From NCBI GenBank assembly GCA_031396245.1, contig JANNKK010000013.1, forward strand, positions 1 through 60,769: a DNA stretch of 60,769 nucleotides, read 5' to 3'. Positions 50,797 through 60,099 of this stretch are shown piece after piece. The position numbers were made by a program, and so were the translations under genes. Source of the stretch: Gemmatimonadaceae bacterium (lineage in GTDB: Bacteria; Gemmatimonadota; Gemmatimonadetes; Gemmatimonadales; Gemmatimonadaceae). Below the pieces are notes generated by a model that saw nothing but the letters and a program-made list of their open reading frames with translations, did no database searches and had not been told where the DNA came from. Numbering within the stretch: the stretch's first letter is position 1; each line of letters opens with the position of its first letter.

Positions 50797-50938
50797 CGAA
50801 TGTCTCGGCGAAGGGTCCCGGGAGAACGTATCGCGCGCGGCGCGTTGGCGCACCGCGCTCCTGCTTCCGTCTGCGGCCGGCGGGAGCTACGCTTTGCCCG
50901 CTCCAACGTTCTCCATCCGACCCCTTTGGAGGTCCTTC

Positions 50939-51358
50939 ATGCAGACCGGACGAATCCTGAAGACCGGGCTCGCCGTTGGTGTCGTCGCGAACATCTACGA
51001 CTTCCTGACGAACACTTACCTCTTTCCGGCGCTGGGACCGCAGCCCGCGTTCATGGAGGAGATGGCCGCGATGCCGATACACTGGCTCGTGATCAACGAC
51101 TTCGTGGCGACGCTCGTCCTCGTCTGGTTCTTCGACAAAGTCCGGGCGGCGTTCGGTCCGGGGGCCAAGGGCGGTGCCGAGTACGGTCTCAGCGCGGGCA
51201 TCCTGATCAACTTCCCACTCTGGCTCACGATGGGCCTCGTCATCAAGGACTTCTCGTACGCCAACAGCTGGATGTGGGTGGCGTTCGGCGTGGTCTGGAC
51301 GGTGATCATGGGCACGGTGGCCGGCGTGGTGTACGACAAGACGGGAGCCAAGGCGTAG
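50939..51358 (+). CDS. Small 4-TM membrane protein of unknown function, 139 aa
   Basis: GGAGG RBS upstream of ATG 50939; four hydrophobic segments; codon usage like neighbouring genes. Confidence 0.75.
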   Translation: MQTGRILKTGLAVGVVANIYDFLTNTYLFPALGPQPAFMEEMAAMPIHWLVINDFVATLVLVWFFDKVRAAFGPGAKGGAEYGLSAGILINFPLWLTMGLVIKDFSYANSWMWVAFGVVWTVIMGTVAGVVYDKTGAKA

Positions 51359-51430
51359 CGACGGTCGCTCGGTCGACCGTTCACAACCCAGAGTGACCTT
51401 TGGACACGGGGGTCGTGGAGACTCCCGGAG

Positions 51431-51468
51431 GGTGGTGGCAGGGTGTGGTACACGCCCCTGCCACCACC
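51431..51468. repeat. Perfect 13-bp inverted repeat (stem-loop) just upstream of an RBS
   Basis: GGTGGTGGCAGGG (51431-51443) and CCCTGCCACCACC (51456-51468), 12-nt loop, no U-tract. Confidence 0.8.
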
Positions 51469-51487
51469 GTTGCCAAGGAGTCACTCG

Positions 51488-52474
51488 ATGTTGCCTCTGG
51501 TCTCCACGCTCACCCTCGTCGCGAGTCTCGCGACCGCGACGGTCGACTCCGCGGAGCTCCGCCGCGAGGACCTGATGTCGGCCCTTCGCGGCGGCGGCTA
51601 TACGATCATCCTCCGGCACGCCAGGACCGATCGGACGGTGATGGAGGATCCGAGCTACATCCCGACCGAGCGGTTCAAACAGCGCAATCTCAACGACGTC
51701 GGTGTCGCCGACGCGCGACTGATGGGCGTCGTGTTCAAGAAGTACGGGATCACTTTCAGCGAGATCGTGTCGAGCCCGCTCTTCCGCACGAAGGAGACGG
51801 CCGAGTACGCTGCCGGCACGCCGACCACCACCATTGCTTTGCGCTCCTTCCCCTCGACGGCGGAGCAGGCTGCGCTCGTCACCGCGGCGCCGCGGGCCGG
51901 CACGAACCGCTTGCTCGTGACGCACCACTTCGTGATCGAGACGCACGTGCCGGGGATCCGTCCGGGCGAGATCGGTGAGAGCGAGGCAGTGGTCGTCCGA
52001 CTGAACAGCGCGGGGAAGGTCGAGATCGCGGGGCGGATCACCTTGGCCGACTGGACCACGCTCGGCGCGGCGGCGACGGCCGACGCGCCCGCACCCGTGC
52101 CCGCGGCGGCGCCAGCAGCACACGGCAGCAGCGGCGTCGCCCTCCCCGCGACCCCGCTCGGGCGCCTCGCCGAGGCGTACTTGCGCGCCTTCAACACCGG
52201 CGACGCTGTGCAGATGGCGGCATTCATCGACAAGTCGCTGGCGATCGACGCAAACCGTCCGACCGCCGACCGTGTCCAATCCTTCGGGAAGCTGTTCGAG
52301 GACCTCGGTCCATTGATGTTCGCCGGCACCGAGCCCTCGGAGGGCGGGTCGCTGATCGTTCAGGCGCACGCGAAGACCGGGATGGTCCGCGTCACCTTCA
52401 AGCCGTCGAGCGATCAGGCCGGTCGTCTCGCCTCGGTCAGTTTCATGTTCGGACAGGCCGGGGGCCATCCCTGA
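51488..52474 (+). CDS. Exported histidine phosphatase-superfamily protein with an extra C-terminal domain, 328 aa
   Basis: AAGGAG RBS, ATG 51488; LRHART, SSPLFRTKETA, LVTH; Ala/Pro linker followed by LPATPLGRLAEAYLRAFNTGD. Confidence 0.78.
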   Translation: MLPLVSTLTLVASLATATVDSAELRREDLMSALRGGGYTIILRHARTDRTVMEDPSYIPTERFKQRNLNDVGVADARLMGVVFKKYGITFSEIVSSPLFRTKETAEYAAGTPTTTIALRSFPSTAEQAALVTAAPRAGTNRLLVTHHFVIETHVPGIRPGEIGESEAVVVRLNSAGKVEIAGRITLADWTTLGAAATADAPAPVPAAAPAAHGSSGVALPATPLGRLAEAYLRAFNTGDAVQMAAFIDKSLAIDANRPTADRVQSFGKLFEDLGPLMFAGTEPSEGGSLIVQAHAKTGMVRVTFKPSSDQAGRLASVSFMFGQAGGHP

Positions 52475-52490
52475 CCGACGGAGGTCGCAG

Positions 52491-53651
52491 GTGACGTCGC
52501 TGGAGGGTGTGGAACGAGGGTCGCCGTCGGCGATGGCGACCCTCGCGATCGTCTGCGTCTGTCTCGCGTTGGGCGCGATCGGGGCGCTCGAGGCGGGCAC
52601 CGTCTCGGCCGCGCACGGCATCCCGCTCGACTGGACCGTCGTGGTCGCGGCGACGACGCCGCGATGGATCCACCTCGCGATCGTCCTCCCTTTCGTGTTC
52701 CATCTCGCGCTACGGATGCCGCTGGTTCCGTTCCGCGCTCGCGTGGTCGGCGTGCACCTCGCCCTCTTCGTTGGCCTCTCGCTGAGCCAGGCGATCGTCA
52801 GCGTGTGGGCGATGGGGTTCACGAGTCACGAGATCGCGATGGTCTTCACCTGGTGGGCCCGCCTGCAGCGCAACTGGTACGGGACGCTGCCCACGATGAT
52901 CCTCGCGTACGGCGCGGTGCTCGTCGCCGCCTGGGGGCTGAACGAGGCGCGCGAACGGCAGCGACGCACCCTGCGCGCATCGCAACTCGAGGCACAGCTG
53001 CAGGCCGCGCGTGTGGCGTCACTCCGCGCGCAGCTGCAGCCGCACTTCCTCTACAACACGCTCAACGGCATCTCGGCGCTCGTCTCGGCGCTGCAGCCGA
53101 CCCGCGCCGTCGCGGCGATCGAACAGCTCGGCGAACTGCTGCACGCCTCGCTCCGCGACGATGGGCGCGAGGAGATCACGATCGAGGAGGAGGTGGCGCT
53201 CGCGGATCGGTATCTCGCGCTGCAGGCGATGCGATTCGGGGAGCGGCTGCACTACGAACTCAGGGTCGCTCCGGCGGTCGCTGATTATCTCGTGCCGGTG
53301 CTGCTGCTGCAGCCGATCGTCGAGAACGCGGTGATCCACGGGCTGGATACGGGGCAGGAGGTGCTGCGCGTCTCACTCAGCGCGACGGAGACCGCGACCG
53401 GCGTGGAGCTCCGCGTCGAGAACGACGGCGCGGACCTCGAGACCATCGCGGAGCCGGCCGCGCGGCAGGGCGTTGGTCTGGCGCTCACCCGAGCGAGACT
53501 CGAGACCTGCTATGGCGAGAAGGCGACCCTGAGCCTCCTGCCGCGAGACGGCGGAGGCGCGATCGTCCGGATCCTCCTCCCTCGCTTCCCGCGCCGCGCG
53601 GAGCCGTCGTCGGAACGTGCGCGTTCCGACTTCGCCGAGGCTACCTCATGA
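52491..53651 (+). CDS. LytS/YehU-type membrane sensor histidine kinase, 386 aa
   Basis: N-terminal TM helices; QLQPHFLYNTLN, LQPIVENAVIHG, ENDG, GVGL. Start uncertain. Confidence 0.9.
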   Translation: MTSLEGVERGSPSAMATLAIVCVCLALGAIGALEAGTVSAAHGIPLDWTVVVAATTPRWIHLAIVLPFVFHLALRMPLVPFRARVVGVHLALFVGLSLSQAIVSVWAMGFTSHEIAMVFTWWARLQRNWYGTLPTMILAYGAVLVAAWGLNEARERQRRTLRASQLEAQLQAARVASLRAQLQPHFLYNTLNGISALVSALQPTRAVAAIEQLGELLHASLRDDGREEITIEEEVALADRYLALQAMRFGERLHYELRVAPAVADYLVPVLLLQPIVENAVIHGLDTGQEVLRVSLSATETATGVELRVENDGADLETIAEPAARQGVGLALTRARLETCYGEKATLSLLPRDGGGAIVRILLPRFPRRAEPSSERARSDFAEATS

Positions 53652-54403
53652 TCCACCGACACGGTGTGCTCCTCGTCGATGACGAGGCGCTCGCGCGGCA
53701 GCGGATGCGCCAACTCCTGAGTGTGGCGCCGGACTTCGACGTGATCGGGGAGTGCGCCGACGCCCGGCAGGTCGCCGACGTCGTGCGCGAGCTGCGTCCC
53801 GACGTCGTCTTTCTCGACGTGCGGATGCCGCATCGCGACGGGTTCGAGGCGCAGGCCGAGATCAGCGCCCACGTGCGGCACGTGGTCTTCGTGACCGCAC
53901 ACGCCGACTACGCGGCGCGGGCGTTCGACGTGGCGGCGAGCGACTATCTCGTGAAGCCGGTGACGCAGGCGCGCTTCAACGCGGCACTCGACCGGCTGCG
54001 GCGTTCGCTCGACGGGAAGTCGACGCCGCGAATCCTCCTCGGCAGTCGGCACGGCGGCGCGGCGGTGGATCTGAGCGACGTGCGGTGGGTCGAAGCCGAT
54101 GGCGCCTATGTCGTCGTCCACGCCGGTGGCCGTCGCCACGTGTTGCGCGAGTCGCTGGTCCAGATACTGTCGCGGCTCGGGGCCGGTCAGTTCGTGCGCA
54201 TCCATCGCTCTGCCGGGATCAACCTCGCCCACGTGCGTGCGCTCAAGCGGGGCAAAGGTCCTGGGCTCGAGGTCGAACTCTCGGATGGGACGCGGCTCCC
54301 GATCAGTCGCCGCAAGGCGCGTGAGGTGGTGGAACTGCTCCGTCACGAGCCACGTGGCGCCCGCGCGGAACACGAGGTGACCGCTGGTGGCCCCGCTGAT
54401 TGA
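53648..54403 (+). CDS. LytTR-family response regulator, 251 aa
   Basis: VDDE, LDVRMP, FVTA, DYLVKP receiver motifs; FVRIHRS and LPISRR LytTR motifs; ATGA overlap. Confidence 0.92.
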   Translation: MIHRHGVLLVDDEALARQRMRQLLSVAPDFDVIGECADARQVADVVRELRPDVVFLDVRMPHRDGFEAQAEISAHVRHVVFVTAHADYAARAFDVAASDYLVKPVTQARFNAALDRLRRSLDGKSTPRILLGSRHGGAAVDLSDVRWVEADGAYVVVHAGGRRHVLRESLVQILSRLGAGQFVRIHRSAGINLAHVRALKRGKGPGLEVELSDGTRLPISRRKAREVVELLRHEPRGARAEHEVTAGGPAD

Positions 54404-54453
54404 GTGAGGGCGCGCTGAGGCGCACTCTCCCCGCATCCACACTTGAGGATGCG

Positions 54454-55266
54454 ATGTCCCACGCTTCTACCACCGCTGCTGTTCCCCGCGTCGTCGTCAC
54501 CAGCCCCGAGACCGCGTACTGGATCCTGCGCGTCGGCGCGGCGGCGTGTTTCATCGGTCACGGGGCGTTCGGATTCATCACCAAGGCCGCGTGGTTGCCG
54601 TATTTCGGCGTCATCGGGATCCCGGAGGCCTGGGCCTGGCGCCTGATGCCGCTCGTCGGCGCGGTGGATGTGCTTGCCGGGATGGCGGTGCTCTTCGCGC
54701 CGCGTGGACTGCCGCTCGTCTATATGGCCATCTGGGCCACGTGGACGGCGTTGCTCCGACCGCTGAGCGGGGAGAGCGTGTTCGAGACGCTCGAGCGCGC
54801 CGGCAACTACGGCGTGCCGCTGGCCCTGCTGCTGCTGACGGCAATGCCACGGTCACTCGGCGGGTTGTGGCAGTCACTCGACGGTCCAGCGACCGACGCG
54901 GCGGCGATGGCTCGCGTACGCACTGCGCTCAAGTGGACGACCGTCCTTCTGCTCGTCGGGCACGGTGCCCTCGGCGCACTCATCGGCAAGCCGATGCTCA
55001 CCGCGCACTACGCCTCGATCGGCCTCCCGGCGGCCACGACCGCGATCGTCGGCTGGTTCGAGCTCGCGCTCGCCGCGACGATCGCTCTCAGGCCGATCGC
55101 GGGTGTGCTGCTCTTCGTCGGGATCTGGAAGCTCGCGACGGAGTGGCTCTTCGTCGTGAGCGGCGCGCCGATCTGGGAGTTCGTTGAGCGCGCGGGAAGC
55201 TACGCGGCGCCGCTGGCGCTCGCGGTGCTGCTCCTGCGGACGGACGGGCGGGCGCGCGACTCCTAG
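54454..55266 (+). CDS. Internally duplicated integral membrane protein (possibly DoxX-like), 270 aa
   Basis: GAGG upstream of ATG 54454; two halves, each with GHG and ERAGxY..PLAL. Confidence 0.7.
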   Translation: MSHASTTAAVPRVVVTSPETAYWILRVGAAACFIGHGAFGFITKAAWLPYFGVIGIPEAWAWRLMPLVGAVDVLAGMAVLFAPRGLPLVYMAIWATWTALLRPLSGESVFETLERAGNYGVPLALLLLTAMPRSLGGLWQSLDGPATDAAAMARVRTALKWTTVLLLVGHGALGALIGKPMLTAHYASIGLPAATTAIVGWFELALAATIALRPIAGVLLFVGIWKLATEWLFVVSGAPIWEFVERAGSYAAPLALAVLLLRTDGRARDS

Positions 55267-56942
55267 GGCCGGTACCCGGGCCCCCTGACCACGACCCCCG
55301 GCTTCGCCCCCGTGTGCTGCCCGTCCCGCACCACCGCGACCCCATTCACGAACACATCGCGCACCCCGGTCGAGAGCTGGTGCGGCTTCTCGAACGTCGC
55401 GTTGTCCGTGATCGTGGCGGGGTCGAAGACGATCACGTCGGCCTTGAGCCCGACCTTGAGCACCCCGCGGTCGGTGAGCGAGAGGCGCGTGGCCACCGAG
55501 GAGGAGGCCTTCCTCACCGCGTCCTCGAGGGTGAGCACCTTCTGTTCGCGCACGTAGCGGGCGAAGAGGCGCGGGAAGTTCCCGTACGCGCGCGGGTGCG
55601 CACCACCACGCGCCGTCGCCGGATCCTGCGACCCCGCGTCGGTGCCAAACTTGATCCAGGGCTGCTGCAGTTGGAGCCGGATGTTCTCCTCGCTCATCAG
55701 GAAGAGGAGTTCACCGAGCCCGAGTCGCTCCTCGACGTTGAGGTCGATGATCGTCTCCGCCCAGTCCTTCTTGAGCGCGGCGGCGATCTCGGAGAGGCGC
55801 TTGCCCTCGAACTGGAGGTACTCCGGCTTCTTGAAGCCGATCACCATCACGTTCTCGGGTCCGGCGATCTCGCAGAGGTTCTCGTACCCAGCGTCGCGCG
55901 CGTGCATCTCCGTCACCATCGTCCGCCGGAGCGCCGGGTTCCGGAGATTCTCCATCAGTCGTCCACCCGCGGCGTACTTGGGGGGGATGCACGACGCGAA
56001 GGAGTTCCCGCCGGCCGGATAGAGGTACATGTTCGCCTGCACATCCTGCCCTGCCGCGCGCGCCGAGTCGATCTTCGCGATCGCGAGCGGCATCTTGGGC
56101 CAGTTGCGCGGACCGCTCGCCTTCAGATGGAAGATCTCGACCGGCACGCCTCCCTCGCGGCCGATCCGGATCGCCTCATCCATCGCCTCGAGGAACTTGT
56201 CCCCCTCGCTGCGCATATGCGTGATGTACACGCCGCCGTACGGGGCCATCGCCTTCGCGGCTTCGATCAGTTCGGTGGTGCTGGCGTAGGTGTTCGGTGG
56301 GTAGATCAAGGCGCTCGCGATGCCGAAGGCGCCGTCCTCCATCCCGCGCCGCACCATCGCCCGCATCGTGTCGAGCTCGGCGGCGGTGAGCGCTCCCTCC
56401 TCGCTCCCTTTCGCATAGACCCGGACCGTCCCGTCGCCGAGGAATGAGCCGACGTTCTGCGACGTGCCGCGTCCGACCATGAACTCGAGCCAATCGCTGA
56501 AGCCCCGCGGGCCGGTGAACCGCGTGAGCATCTGGCGAGTGGTGGGATCGGAGGCGGTCGCGAGGATGTTCGCGTTCACCGGTCCGGTGGACTCGCCCTC
56601 GCCGTGGATCGCCGTCGTGATTCCCTGCGTGACCATCGAGAGGGCGCGCCCATTCCCGACCATGTAGTGGTAGATCGAATGCGCCTGGATGTCGATGAAG
56701 CCGGGCGACACGACCAATCCGTTGGCGTTGACGCGCGTGGTGGCGGTCATTCCGCGGAAGGCGCCCCGCGGGCCGATCGCCGAGATCCGGTCCCCCTTGA
56801 TCGCGAGGTCGCCGTAGTACCAGGCCGCGCCGGTGCCGTCGACGATCCGGCCGTTCTCGATGATGACGTCGTACGCCTGGGCGCGGAGGTCAGGGGCGGA
56901 GACGAGGGCCGCGAGCGCGGCCAGCCGGAGGATCGTACGCAT
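55263..56942 (-). CDS. Exported N-acyl-D-amino-acid deacylase family amidohydrolase, 559 aa
   Basis: Signal peptide; PGFIDIQAH, THMRSE, FHLK, TD...HPRAYG, ADVIVFDP. Confidence 0.88.
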   Translation of the reverse strand: MRTILRLAALAALVSAPDLRAQAYDVIIENGRIVDGTGAAWYYGDLAIKGDRISAIGPRGAFRGMTATTRVNANGLVVSPGFIDIQAHSIYHYMVGNGRALSMVTQGITTAIHGEGESTGPVNANILATASDPTTRQMLTRFTGPRGFSDWLEFMVGRGTSQNVGSFLGDGTVRVYAKGSEEGALTAAELDTMRAMVRRGMEDGAFGIASALIYPPNTYASTTELIEAAKAMAPYGGVYITHMRSEGDKFLEAMDEAIRIGREGGVPVEIFHLKASGPRNWPKMPLAIAKIDSARAAGQDVQANMYLYPAGGNSFASCIPPKYAAGGRLMENLRNPALRRTMVTEMHARDAGYENLCEIAGPENVMVIGFKKPEYLQFEGKRLSEIAAALKKDWAETIIDLNVEERLGLGELLFLMSEENIRLQLQQPWIKFGTDAGSQDPATARGGAHPRAYGNFPRLFARYVREQKVLTLEDAVRKASSSVATRLSLTDRGVLKVGLKADVIVFDPATITDNATFEKPHQLSTGVRDVFVNGVAVVRDGQHTGAKPGVVVRGPGYRP

Positions 56943-57022
56943 CGGGTGGTCCCGTTTGAGTTGGCAGAATGTATCCTCGGACGCGACCGGAGGCTAAACT
57001 CGGGCGAGCCTCGATCCCCTCG

Positions 57023-60000
57023 ATGCGACGACCGACCCTACTCCTCATCGCGTTTTCGACCATCGCGTTTTCGACCACCGTTGCCGCGCAGACTCCGCTG
57101 CGCGGCACCATTGCCGGCACGGTGGTCTCGAGTGCGGGGCAGCCGGTGGCGGGAGCCCTCGTCTCGCTGCGCGCGGCGCGTGACACGGCGGTGACCGCCG
57201 AGGCGACGACCGACTCGCGCGGTGCCTTCCATCTCTCGCTGCGTCCCGACGTCTTCTCCCTCGTCGTCCGCCAGCTCGGCTTCCGACCCGCGACCCTGGG
57301 CGGACTCCGCGTGGTCGGCGCCGACACCGTGCGCGTGCGGGTCGTGCTGGCGCCGACGGCGACCGCGCTCTCCACCGTCGTCGTGCTCCGCTCACCGGTC
57401 TCGGTCGAGACGCTCGACCCCCAGTCGACCCGGCGCATCACCACCGAGACGGCGCTCCTGCTCCCGACCGCGCGCGACGCGAGCGCCGTGGTCGCGCTGG
57501 TGCCGGGCGCGAAGGATGGACGCCTCTGGGGCGGCGCCGGCGCGGCGACGAACGATTTCCGGATCGACGGCATCTCGATGAACCATCCGGGGCGGGGTGG
57601 GGACTTCCTCCGCCTCCCGCGCGAGTGGGTCGAGGGCGTCGAGATCCGCGGACTCGGCGCCGGTGCGGAGTACGGCAACTTCCAGGGTGGCGTGATCGAT
57701 GCGATGACGCGTCGTGGCGGCCAAGCGCGTACGCGTACCGTTCGAAGCTACTACGAGTCGGAGCGTCTCACGGCGTCGAGTTTCGGCGCGAACGAGATCG
57801 GCTCCGAGCCGGCGGGCCGCACGGAGTTCAGTGGCGAGGCATCGGGAGCGCTCGCCCCCGGAAAGGTGTTCTACTTCGCTGGCGCGCAGTTCGTCGAGAG
57901 TGCGCGTCGCTCCCCTGCGCTCGGGACGCCGGCGCCATCGGACTTCCTCGGGCTGCGGGAGCGCGAGCGCACGCTGCGCGCGATCGGCAAGCTCTCCTGG
58001 GACCTCGCCGCCGGCGCGCGGGCCGATCTCACACTCGGCGGAAGTACCAGAGGGACGAGTGACGCCGGGATCAACGGGCTCGACGACCGCACGGCCCTTC
58101 CCGATGGATCAGCGAGCGCGCTCTGGTATCACGCGCGCTGGTACCGCCCGCTGGGTGACGCGACGACCCTGGAGTTGCGAGCGGCGGGGTTCGACGCGGT
58201 CGAGTCCTCGAGCGGTGCGAGCGGCTCCGCGGTCCCGTCGATCCAGGTGCTGACGGTCGGCGACCTCCCCCGATACCAGAACCCGGAGTTCGAGGAGCGT
58301 GCCGCTCCGGCGAGCCACTCGCTCACGGCGATGCTGAGGCGAACGATCAGCCAAGGCAGCGCCATCCATCGCTTCTCCGCCGGGATCGAGTTGTCCGCGG
58401 CCCGCTGGAGTGAATCGCGGCTTCGGAGTGGCGGCCTCACCTGGCGTCCATACCTCAACGACACGACCCCGTGGTCGGCGACCGACGCCTCGACCTGGAC
58501 CACGGTGGGGAGCGAGTGGGGCGGTGAGCTGCGACTCCGCGCGCGCGAACGTCAGGCCGCTGCCTTCATCCAGGACGAGCTCACGCTCGCCGCGCGCGTG
58601 ACCATCTCGCCCGGCCTCCGCCTCACGCAGTGGAGCGGCCGCCTCACGCCCTGCTCGAACTACGTATTCGCCCCGACCTGCGTCGGAGAGATCGGGGTCG
58701 TCTCGACGCGCGCCGTCGATCCACGCCTCGGCATCGCGTGGGATCTGACGGGTCGCGGCACCTTCGCCCTCAAGGCGCACGCCGGCCGCTACCATCAGGG
58801 GATCTACGCCCAGCTCTTCGACCGTGCGGCCGGGGCGAATGCGTACACCAACGAGCGCTTCTACTACTACGCGCCGCCGATCAGCGATCCCCGTCAGGCG
58901 TTCACCGCCTTCCAGCGCGACGCGCTGCTCGGTCCATCGGGATTCTCCACGTTCTTCGACGAGCGGATCCTCAACGAGTCGGGCGCCGTGCGCGGGTATC
59001 GCCAACCCTACGTCGATCAGCTCTCGCTCTCCCTCGAACGACAGTTCGGCACCCGATGGAAGCTCGAACTCCTTGCGCTCCACCGGCGCAATGGCGACAT
59101 CGTCGGGCTCGTCGACCGGAACCTCGCGACGAACTACACGCGACTCACCGGGATCGCGGTCGACCACCGGCTGACGGCGTTAGGGGTCCTGGACGCCTAC
59201 GGCCGCCCACTCGTGCTCGATACGCTGGTCGTTGCGAACAAAGACCTCATCGACGCCGTCCTCCGACTGAACGAGAATCGCCGACCGCCACTGGCACCGC
59301 TCGCCTTCGCCGGCTGGTTGCCTGCCGACCTCGGCACACTTACCTGGGATCCAAGGGTCGAGTTGAGCACGTTGCCCGCGGCTCGAGGGCGCTACGGTCA
59401 GCTGACAGCGACCGTCACCGCATTCGGCGGATCGTGGCGTGGAGAAGGATCGCTCACCCTCGCCCACCTCGAGGGCAACGTCGCCGGCGTGACCGGACAC
59501 GGCACCGTCGGTACCGCATTCTCCGCCGGCCCCTACGTGCGACCGAACGAGTCGCTCAACGCCTCTGGGATCCTCCCCGATGCGACGGAGTTCGAGGCGA
59601 AGGTGTGGGTCACGGGACGTCTGCCGCGCGGACTCCAGGGTGGGCTCCTCTTCACCCACATCCTCGGCGAACGCACGACGCCGAGCTTCACGATAGAGGG
59701 GCGGTACCGCTACACCGACGTCGCGGGGATGACTGCGCCGGACGAGCTGATCCGCCGGGTGCTCGGCCAGACGATCTTCGTCGAGCCCCGAGGCGCGCGA
59801 CACTACGCCAGCCGGAGCCTCCTCGACCTCCATCTCGAGCGTGGGTTCGGCGCCCAGGCGCGGAGATTCGACGTCACGCTCGACCTGCTCAATGCCCTCG
59901 GTTCACGGGCCGTCACGCGCGTGAAGACGGAGATCGACGATCAGGCGATCGCCGATCCCTCCTCGGTGCTCGGCGCAGCTCGCGCGAGGGTGTCGCCCCG

Positions 60001-60037
60001 CGCGCTGCGCATCGGGCTGCGGATCGGCGCGCACTGA
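57023..60037 (+). CDS. TonB-dependent receptor (Oar-like) with N-terminal carboxypeptidase-regulatory-like domain, 1004 aa
   Basis: Start revised to ATG 57023; GTIAGTVV, plug motifs IDG..GAGAEYGNFQGGVI, FIQD..PGLR, PRLGIAWD, terminal PRALRIGLR strand. Confidence 0.82.
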   Translation: MRRPTLLLIAFSTIAFSTTVAAQTPLRGTIAGTVVSSAGQPVAGALVSLRAARDTAVTAEATTDSRGAFHLSLRPDVFSLVVRQLGFRPATLGGLRVVGADTVRVRVVLAPTATALSTVVVLRSPVSVETLDPQSTRRITTETALLLPTARDASAVVALVPGAKDGRLWGGAGAATNDFRIDGISMNHPGRGGDFLRLPREWVEGVEIRGLGAGAEYGNFQGGVIDAMTRRGGQARTRTVRSYYESERLTASSFGANEIGSEPAGRTEFSGEASGALAPGKVFYFAGAQFVESARRSPALGTPAPSDFLGLRERERTLRAIGKLSWDLAAGARADLTLGGSTRGTSDAGINGLDDRTALPDGSASALWYHARWYRPLGDATTLELRAAGFDAVESSSGASGSAVPSIQVLTVGDLPRYQNPEFEERAAPASHSLTAMLRRTISQGSAIHRFSAGIELSAARWSESRLRSGGLTWRPYLNDTTPWSATDASTWTTVGSEWGGELRLRARERQAAAFIQDELTLAARVTISPGLRLTQWSGRLTPCSNYVFAPTCVGEIGVVSTRAVDPRLGIAWDLTGRGTFALKAHAGRYHQGIYAQLFDRAAGANAYTNERFYYYAPPISDPRQAFTAFQRDALLGPSGFSTFFDERILNESGAVRGYRQPYVDQLSLSLERQFGTRWKLELLALHRRNGDIVGLVDRNLATNYTRLTGIAVDHRLTALGVLDAYGRPLVLDTLVVANKDLIDAVLRLNENRRPPLAPLAFAGWLPADLGTLTWDPRVELSTLPAARGRYGQLTATVTAFGGSWRGEGSLTLAHLEGNVAGVTGHGTVGTAFSAGPYVRPNESLNASGILPDATEFEAKVWVTGRLPRGLQGGLLFTHILGERTTPSFTIEGRYRYTDVAGMTAPDELIRRVLGQTIFVEPRGARHYASRSLLDLHLERGFGAQARRFDVTLDLLNALGSRAVTRVKTEIDDQAIADPSSVLGAARARVSPRALRIGLRIGAH
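57046..57077 (+). repeat. 15-bp tandem duplication within the signal-peptide coding region
   Basis: CATCGCGTTTTCGAC occurs twice in tandem, encoding IAFST-IAFST. Confidence 0.85.
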
Positions 60038-60099
60038 CGGCGCTCTTCCCTCGTTGGGAGAGGTGCCGTACGTTCGGTCGCCCCCCCCAAGGAGATGCG

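Noticed and set aside
60038-60068. Imperfect hairpin after the TonB-dependent receptor as a terminator
   Set aside because: It has several G-U pairs and a mismatch and lacks a U-tract.
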